Shown: in pieces, positions 58,103 through 64,000 of the stretch
Layout: every line of letters begins with the position of its first letter
How positions within the stretch are numbered: position 1 is the first letter of the stretch
Assembly: GCA_965223485.1 (NCBI GenBank)
Contig: OZ244993.1
Location: 74,958 to 138,957, forward strand
DNA from: Rhodothermales bacterium
Lineage (GTDB): Bacteria > Bacteroidota > Rhodothermia > Rhodothermales > VXPQ01
Direction of reading: 5' to 3'
DNA length: 64,000 nucleotides
Made by a program: the position numbers and the translations under genes
Notes under the pieces: generated by a model
The model's database searches: none
Told to the model about the DNA's origin: nothing
The model's input: the letters and a program-made list of their open reading frames with translations, nothing else

Positions 58103-60391
58103 TCAGAAATCGAAGGTGAATGCAATGTTCGGCAGCGGCACGGGAATCTGCGGTATTTCGTTCCGTACGATATCCGCTGCGTCGGTGAAATCGAAGAAAT
58201 AGAACCAGATATTGCGCCGGCTGTAGGCGTTGAGCACCTGCGCCTGTAATTCGAAATCCGCTCCGAACAGCGTGGTGCGCCAGGAAACGCCTACATCCAG
58301 CCGGTGATAGGGGGGCAGGCGGCGATTGTTGTATTTCGTGACCAGTACATTGGACCAGTCCGAATCAAACGGCGAATTCACGAGTCGGTATTGTGCGAGC
58401 GGTTCGGTGTAGGCCTGCCCGGTTGCATACACCCAGACGGCGCTGGCCCGAAAGGCGCGTGATATTTCGACATTGAGCACGGTCTTCACGTCCAGCGTTC
58501 GATCGTGTTTGGGCGAATAGAACCCGAAATTGTTGATGTTCGGAAACCGGCGCCGGGTACGGCTCAGCGTGCCGGCCACAAACCCGTTCACGCGCCCTTG
58601 CGTGCGCTGCACGGTCGTTTCGAGGCCATAGGCATGGCCATCCCCGAAATGAAACAACTCGGCATAGTCCAGCCCCGCCACGTCCTGCACGAAAGGATCC
58701 CACTCGAAAAGATCCTGCATCGTACGGTAATAGGCCTCAACATCCAGATTGAAACCCAGCGGCGAGATGTGCTTCATGCCGATCACCGCCTGATTACCGT
58801 AAGCAGGGCGTACCCCCTCTCCGGTGGCCAGCCAGGTATCGAATCCCGAAAAAATTTCGCTGGTTATGAGCGTGAGGAACTGGTAGTATCGCCCGTAGGC
58901 AGCCTGAAGCCGCAAAGACGGCATCGGTTCGTATTCGAACGACAAGCGAGGGGACGCCCGGACAAACCGGCCCTCCTCGAAATAATTGCCCCGGACGCCG
59001 CCCTCGATGGACACGCGGGGCGCCGGCCGCCAGGTGGCCTGTGCATACGCCGATGTATACACGCTCCGGGTACGCCAGTCAAGCACTTCCTCCTCGTTGA
59101 AGTCGGTGTGCAAACGCAATGTCAGGAATCCTGACCAGAAACCGGCCTTCGCCGAAATATTCCCGCCGGGGATGTATTCAAAATCGCCCTTGACGGAAAT
59201 ATCGTCTACCGTGTTGTCGTTCTCGATAGGCGTGGCCGCCAGCTCTATCACCGGCTTGCTGAAATACTTCGATCCCGTGAACGTGAAGTTGGAAAAGAGC
59301 TCCTGCGAAAAAAGGTGGGTCCAGTTCATGCTCAGCGACCTGTTCCCGTACCGGATATTCACAAGAGCGTCGTCCACGATTTCGATGTCGAGCGCATCCT
59401 GTCCGGCATAGAACGCAAGCGAAAAGAAGTCCCTGTTCGACAGGTCGAAATTGAATTTTCCATTCACGTCCACAAAGTAAAACGCATCCGGAATGCCCTG
59501 AATGTCGGCCTTGCGCAAAAAATACAATATCGGCTCGATGGTGGACCGCCGCATCGCCAGCATATAGGAACCGCGGCGCCAGGGACCCTCGATGATCCCC
59601 CGCGACGAAAGCAAACCGATGCTGAGGCCGGCGTCGAATTCGCGCCGGTTGCCGTCCCGGTTGTAGATATCGACTACCGAACCCAAACGACCGCCGTACT
59701 CGGCAGGAAATCCGCCCTTGTAGAGCCGCACATCCTTGATGGCGTCCGGATTGAACGTCGAAAAAACACCGAAAAAATGCGACGGGTTGTAGATGGAGGT
59801 GCGGTCGAGCAGAATGAGCGTCTGATCCGGCCCGCCTCCCCGGATGTAGAGACCGCTCGAATAATCCGAGGCCGCCTTCACGCCGGGCAGCAGTTGCAGG
59901 GATCGGAATACGTCCGGTTGCAGGAACGCCGGGAGCGACTTGATGAGCTGCGTCTGGAGTTGTTGTACGCCGATTTTGCGGGCTTCGTACAACTCCTCCC
60001 GCTCCCCGGTGACCGTGACTTCCTCTATGTCTTGCTCTTCCGGGGATAGTTCGATATCCAACCGGCGCTGCTCGCCGGGGGCCAGTTCGACCTCGACGCG
60101 CTCGGTGCGATACCCGATGTAGGACACCACGACCGTCAGGGCGCCTGGCGGAATACCCGTCACTGTGTAGTATCCCGAGTTGTTGGTGGCCGCCCCGATC
60201 GACGTGCCATCCACCCGCACATTCGCCAGGAGCAGGGTTTCGCCGGAAGTAACGTCGCGGACATATCCGCTGAGCGAGGCACCCTCCCGGACGGTATCCT
60301 GAGCAAGCGCCGCTCCTGCAATCGCAACGGATAGAAGCGCCTGCAGGAGACAATACGAAATACGCATGAACAGCAGTCGCCTCAACGGCAT
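58103..60391 (-). CDS. TonB-dependent outer membrane receptor
   Basis: LSGYVRDVTSGETL domain; plug IRGGGPDQTLILLD; NPDAIKDVRLYKGGFPAEYGGRL; YHRLDV; C-terminal TFDF; start 60391 or 60367. Confidence 0.92.
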   Translation of the reverse strand: MPLRRLLFMRISYCLLQALLSVAIAGAALAQDTVREGASLSGYVRDVTSGETLLLANVRVDGTSIGAATNNSGYYTVTGIPPGALTVVVSYIGYRTERVEVELAPGEQRRLDIELSPEEQDIEEVTVTGEREELYEARKIGVQQLQTQLIKSLPAFLQPDVFRSLQLLPGVKAASDYSSGLYIRGGGPDQTLILLDRTSIYNPSHFFGVFSTFNPDAIKDVRLYKGGFPAEYGGRLGSVVDIYNRDGNRREFDAGLSIGLLSSRGIIEGPWRRGSYMLAMRRSTIEPILYFLRKADIQGIPDAFYFVDVNGKFNFDLSNRDFFSLAFYAGQDALDIEIVDDALVNIRYGNRSLSMNWTHLFSQELFSNFTFTGSKYFSKPVIELAATPIENDNTVDDISVKGDFEYIPGGNISAKAGFWSGFLTLRLHTDFNEEEVLDWRTRSVYTSAYAQATWRPAPRVSIEGGVRGNYFEEGRFVRASPRLSFEYEPMPSLRLQAAYGRYYQFLTLITSEIFSGFDTWLATGEGVRPAYGNQAVIGMKHISPLGFNLDVEAYYRTMQDLFEWDPFVQDVAGLDYAELFHFGDGHAYGLETTVQRTQGRVNGFVAGTLSRTRRRFPNINNFGFYSPKHDRTLDVKTVLNVEISRAFRASAVWVYATGQAYTEPLAQYRLVNSPFDSDWSNVLVTKYNNRRLPPYHRLDVGVSWRTTLFGADFELQAQVLNAYSRRNIWFYFFDFTDAADIVRNEIPQIPVPLPNIAFTFDF

Positions 60392-60624
60392 GGCAGGGGG
60401 CAAGGAGAAGCATCTTGTTTTCGCCCGGCGCCGGGAAAGGTTCCGGGGGGGAGACGCCTTGCTCGGATGGGGGGGCGGGACGGCGGGAGGGATACTTGAG
60501 CAAAAAATCGCTGCGGGGTAGTCGGGTTGGGCTGTGCGTGATTTTATTTGGGAATTATAACTAATTGTTGACAGGCAGGGGATTCCTGCTTTAATATATA
60601 GGGGGGTTATATACCTAAAAAGAA

Positions 60625-60903
60625 ATGTGGAGGCAATTCGATGCAATCGACCCTGACAACGATCTGTGGGAGCGCCTGCAAAAGGCGGAGTAGCGTTTCG
60701 ATTACCTGCAAGGGGAAAAGGTGGAACGCTTGAAGTCCGAGATCAAGGAACTGGAGAGTCTGAATCAAGCCATTGACAGATACCATATCCAGCGGTGCGA
60801 TGCGGCGAGTGATCTGACCATGGCCTTGAGGGCGCTGGAAACCATTGGCGCTATCAAGTTGCCAACCGAACACCCGGAGGCACAAGCAGAGCAATCTGCC
60901 TGA
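60625..60903 (+). pseudogene. Cargo ORF 1, coiled-coil protein interrupted by an in-frame TAG
   Basis: MWRQFDAIDPDNDLWERLQKAE, TAG at 60691-60693, then RFDYLQGEKVERLKSEIKELESLNQAIDRY...QSA. A strong GGAGG RBS instead precedes ATG 60641 in another frame, so the 5' end may be decayed. Confidence 0.45.
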
Positions 60904-60956
60904 TTCCCCCCTTGGTGGAAAACGAAACCCTAAACCCTGAATCCGCGAGGAAAACC

Positions 60957-61322
60957 ATGCCTATTGGAAGAAAAACCACGTACGTTATTACGCCCGTAGA
61001 CAGCCCGATTGCATTCAGGGATGGATCAGACCAACCGTTCAGCAACGTGGACGGGAATGAGGATGAGGCCGTGGAGCAATGGTATTTCAAATACGCCGAG
61101 CGCTTTCTGGAATATCCAGAGGGGGAAACCGCCGTTGTTGCTGTCACGATCACTGATCCATTCTTGGGCGAGATCGGAACGTTTAGGGCACGCATTATTC
61201 CCGGCTGGGTAGGGGTAAGTATAGAACCGGACACGGGTTCAGCAGGGGTTGTAAACGATATGTTGACAGCCGCTAAAAACCCCGAATTGGCCAAGCAATA
61301 CTTGACGCGGAAAATATCCTGA
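60957..61322 (+). CDS. Cargo ORF 2, hypothetical protein
   Basis: GAGG RBS, ATG at 60957, open 121 codons, no recognisable domain. Confidence 0.6.
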   Translation: MPIGRKTTYVITPVDSPIAFRDGSDQPFSNVDGNEDEAVEQWYFKYAERFLEYPEGETAVVAVTITDPFLGEIGTFRARIIPGWVGVSIEPDTGSAGVVNDMLTAAKNPELAKQYLTRKIS

Positions 61323-61400
61323 ACAAGCAAAACAGGGATGCGCGTTGTGGAGCGATGCGCTTGGACATGCTTTCCAAATAACCCAAACCAACGAGGATAC

Positions 61401-61949
61401 ATGAAATACACAGAGACATTCACGGCGTTTGTGCGGTTCATCCGTGGGATCGAGAACGACTACAGCGCCGAGAAAAACGTGGACGGCTACATGAACGAGT
61501 TTCGGCAGGCTTACCGCGAGCGGTTCGATTGGCACAAGCCGTACGCCAGCAGCCCGGCAGACTTCATGCGTGAATTCGCCTTGCCGATGGAATTCAACGG
61601 TACGCACGTAATCGTCGAAGGGTCGTTCAAGAAGAACCTGCACGGTCCAGACACCCATATCGACACGTTGATCGTTCGAATCCCGAAGGAAGAATTCGAG
61701 ATCGACAGCGGCGAAATGAAGAGCAGGGACCGAGACACGTTGTTCTGGTTGATCGAGTACATCAAGCCGGATCCGACCTACCTGATCCCGTACGCCGAGG
61801 TGCAACCTCGATGGGAACAGGCGGAATCCGATGAAAACCTTGAGTTCATGAACTCCGGGCCGGTCGGCATGGAATACCGCGAAAAGCCGCAGCGCCCGTT
61901 GCAGGAGCAATACAGGGTGTACAATCCCGAACTGCAAACAGAGAACTAA
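61401..61949 (+). CDS. Cargo ORF 3, acidic hypothetical protein
   Basis: GAGGA RBS, MKYTETF start, 182 codons, GC-rich third positions. Confidence 0.7.
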   Translation: MKYTETFTAFVRFIRGIENDYSAEKNVDGYMNEFRQAYRERFDWHKPYASSPADFMREFALPMEFNGTHVIVEGSFKKNLHGPDTHIDTLIVRIPKEEFEIDSGEMKSRDRDTLFWLIEYIKPDPTYLIPYAEVQPRWEQAESDENLEFMNSGPVGMEYREKPQRPLQEQYRVYNPELQTEN

Positions 61950-61958
61950 GCCGGGTAT

Positions 61959-62120
61959 GTGCATACGTATTCATACGAACAGGCGGCGGAAGCATGGCTT
62001 TCTACGCCCGACAGGATGGAGCACGCTATCCACGTCAAGATCAAAAAAACCGAAGAGGACACATGGAGGACGTACAGCGTCCGGTCGACCCCGGTGGTTG
62101 ACTTCGTGTTTCAAGGATAA
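61959..62120 (+). CDS. Cargo ORF 4, small hypothetical protein (53 aa); not in the ORF track
   Basis: VHTYSYEQAAEAWLSTPDRMEHAIHVKIKKTEEDTWRTYSVRSTPVVDFVFQG; same frame as ORF 3, after its TAA. Confidence 0.4.
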   Translation: MHTYSYEQAAEAWLSTPDRMEHAIHVKIKKTEEDTWRTYSVRSTPVVDFVFQG

Positions 62121-62273
62121 TCCACCCCTATATTACCGTAACCGCTACAGCGCCGTGTTCGATGGGTTCGGTCTGCTATTCACGCCATGACCCGCGAAAC
62201 AAAACCGGCCTCGGCATGTAGGACATAAACGCAAAACGGCGGGAGGCCAGAGGAAGGAAACCTCTCAGACGAA

Positions 62274-62423
62274 ATGGTCAAAATGGTAAAGTACGAGGCG
62301 TATGCTTATGGCCTCGATATAGAAAAGGTCACGAACGTTCTGGCCATCGTGCTACGAGATGAGTTACTCGCAATCTATAACGTAGACTTGCCGTCGCCGG
62401 CCACGACTCGCGATGACAAGTAG
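62274..62423 (+). CDS. Cargo ORF 5, small hypothetical protein (49 aa); not in the ORF track
   Basis: MVKMVKYEAYAYGLDIEKVTNVLAIVLRDELLAIYNVDLPSPATTRDDK. Confidence 0.35.
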   Translation: MVKMVKYEAYAYGLDIEKVTNVLAIVLRDELLAIYNVDLPSPATTRDDK

Positions 62424-62471
62424 CCCTCCAGATACAGACGTAACGCGCGTTTTCGGATTCTATACGCTCGT

Positions 62472-62954
62472 TCAGGTTGTTTTTCTGCTTTTCCTGTTTT
62501 CCTGGGTGCTATCCTGACTATAATTCAGTTTTCCTGTCGCTGACAGGGCGTCATCGCCGCCATCGAATGCCTTGCGGATGCGCTGGAGCAGATGCCATGC
62601 ATTCTTCTGGGCAATACCGATGTCCCGGTGCAACTTCATGGAGGAAACGCCTTTCAGGTTCGTCATGTGCAGGTAAATGGCATATGCCCACTTGCGAAGC
62701 GGAAGATTGGAACTCTCCATGACTGTGCCGACCTTGACGCTGAAATACTTGCGACAGTCCGTGCACCAGTACGGCATAGTCTTATGCGACGCTTCACGGG
62801 TGCGTGTACCCTTGCAACGGGGGCAATGGCGACCATCCGGCCAGATACGGGCTTCAAACCATTTGCGGGCCGTTTCCTCGTCGGGAAACATGTCCGCCAA
62901 CTCCATGAGAGTAATGCCGTTTCGATGTGTTTTTCCGGGCGCTACATGCGCCAT
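62472..62954 (-). pseudogene. Truncated IS1595-family (ISXO2-like) transposase
   Basis: FPDEETARKWFEARIWPDGRHCPRC...YWCTDCRKYFSVKVGTVMESS Zn ribbon and KGVSSMKLHRDIGIAQKNAWHLLQRIR HTH; sequence diverges where the VEVDETY DDE domain should begin. Confidence 0.9.
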
Positions 62955-62979
62955 AACAATCTCCGTTTTTTGCACCTGT

Positions 62980-63008
62980 AAAATACAACATTAATTTCTT
63001 TTTGTCAA
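62980..63008 (-). promoter_or_regulatory. Transposase promoter overlapping the IS end
   Basis: TTGACA (63008-63003), 17-nt spacer, TATTTT (62985-62980). Confidence 0.6.
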
Positions 63009-63029
63009 GTATTGGTTATATAATACCTT

Positions 63030-63902
63030 TTATTTCTGCACCTCTGCCTTATACAGCTGTGGAGCAAGCGCAACATGCTGCTTAATACATCCCGGAAGCG
63101 AGAACATACGAGGATCACGACTAAAACAAAACAGTCGATACAATGCATACTGCGATTCCCTTTTCTCCGAAAAAGCAACTTCGTTCTGTGTAATTAAAAA
63201 GGGCTGATACATACCGCTATTGGTGGTTTTTACCTCAATAAACAGTTCATTATCGGTTTGACCGTCAAACGAACGAATGTCATACCCCGCGCCATCGCCA
63301 TGCTCCTTGCTTGTCCATTCTACGTCGGAAAGCAAATCGTCGCGCCCATGACGTCTCAGACGAATTTTTTCATATTCCAACACAAATTTCTCTCCTCGTT
63401 CACCGAGTTGTCTGTTACGCGCTTCCCGTGCGGTATAGTCGATACGGCGCGGTCGGGCGGCATACCCGAAAGCAGGCTCCGATACAATCCCTTTCTTTGG
63501 AGGTGTAATTCCTTTCTCTGGAGGATCAACACGAACCCTGTCAAAAAACGACTCGTCAAATAACATGCCCCTTTCCTGATTCAGTATATCTTCTTGTTTA
63601 ATCAGGTCGTTTCCTCTTATGGACAGCCTGTCTACTACTACTTCCCGTAACATTCTTTGGTAATTTTTGGCAGGGCGATAACCTCGTATATAAACGTGAC
63701 CTTTTTCCAATAATATCGCGGATATATTTTGATGTTTAAATTCTATAGAACTCTCGGACCTGTTGTTCAACTTCTTTTGCAGAACTCGACGATGCTCCGT
63801 TTTATTAAAGGGCTCTCCACGACATTCGCGCGACAACATATCGATATAATCGGCAACGATCGCTTCACACTCCACCCTGCTCCATGTATCGCCCCTGGCC
63901 AT
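63030..63902 (-). CDS. DUF3883 (NO VEIN C-terminal) domain protein, putative restriction-like nuclease
   Basis: GERGEKFVLEYE, GDGAGYDIRSF...FIEVKTT, FLITQNE, YALYRL; helical N-terminus WSRVECEAIVADY; strongly AT-rich. Confidence 0.85.
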   Translation of the reverse strand: MARGDTWSRVECEAIVADYIDMLSRECRGEPFNKTEHRRVLQKKLNNRSESSIEFKHQNISAILLEKGHVYIRGYRPAKNYQRMLREVVVDRLSIRGNDLIKQEDILNQERGMLFDESFFDRVRVDPPEKGITPPKKGIVSEPAFGYAARPRRIDYTAREARNRQLGERGEKFVLEYEKIRLRRHGRDDLLSDVEWTSKEHGDGAGYDIRSFDGQTDNELFIEVKTTNSGMYQPFLITQNEVAFSEKRESQYALYRLFCFSRDPRMFSLPGCIKQHVALAPQLYKAEVQK

Positions 63903-64000
63903 GTATAAGGTTTGGAAAGATTAAAAGGGCTTCCAGGGTATAATTTACGGGCCAGACAGAACACCCTGCACGGCACTTGACCTACTTCCAGAATACGCCA

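Larger units (their letters stand above)
60550..63027. mobile_element. IS1595-family element carrying passenger ORFs, with a truncated transposase (non-autonomous tIS/MIC-like)
   Basis: Ends GGGAATTATAACTAATTGTTGACA (60550) and GGTATTATATAACCAATACTTGACA (63027, minus strand); inner 18 nt match 15/18. Identical 8-bp flanks TTTTATTT at 60542-60549 and 63028-63035. IS1595 transposase N-terminus inside the right end. Confidence 0.75.

Noticed and set aside
60691-60693. Amber read-through or recoded genetic code in the cargo ORF
   Set aside because: TAG is an ordinary stop in many genes here and no pyl genes or suppressor tRNA are visible; a nonsense mutation is simpler.

Overview
GC-rich bacterial chromosome segment, most consistent with a Rhodothermota/FCB-group organism (T9SS C-terminal sorting domain, tmRNA tag ANDYSYAMAA, TonB receptor plus lipoprotein pairs). 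The plant-type LRR surface protein suggests a host-associated lineage such as a sponge symbiont (inference). About 1-37 kb is mostly housekeeping (class II DAHP synthase, mnmA, apt, amidase, ECF sigma, mlaEFD, dusB, pcrA, NfeD pair, coaX, birA, fabI, L,D-transpeptidase), with mcrBC next to tRNA-Thr(CGT). From 37 kb on the window is accessory-rich. It holds a 395-bp MITE with a near-consensus sigma70 promoter upstream of a T9SS repeat/LRR gene, then tmRNA followed by two DUF1640-like paralogs. A DUF899 gene is bracketed by a duplicated gene 3' end, and a nuclease plus DUF1156-type methyltransferase cassette is bracketed by two 53-bp promoter-containing direct repeats. Further on are a sulfatase, decayed genes, an oxidoreductase/sulfotransferase-like/class IV aminotransferase operon, a PLP decarboxylase, an MNT-HepT toxin-antitoxin pair and Hsp20. 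Near the end is a 2.48-kb IS1595-family element with an 8-bp target duplication, a truncated transposase and unknown cargo ORFs, next to a DUF3883 nuclease-like gene. No CRISPR array, integrase or rRNA was seen. Family assignments come from motif recognition by eye, not from database searches.
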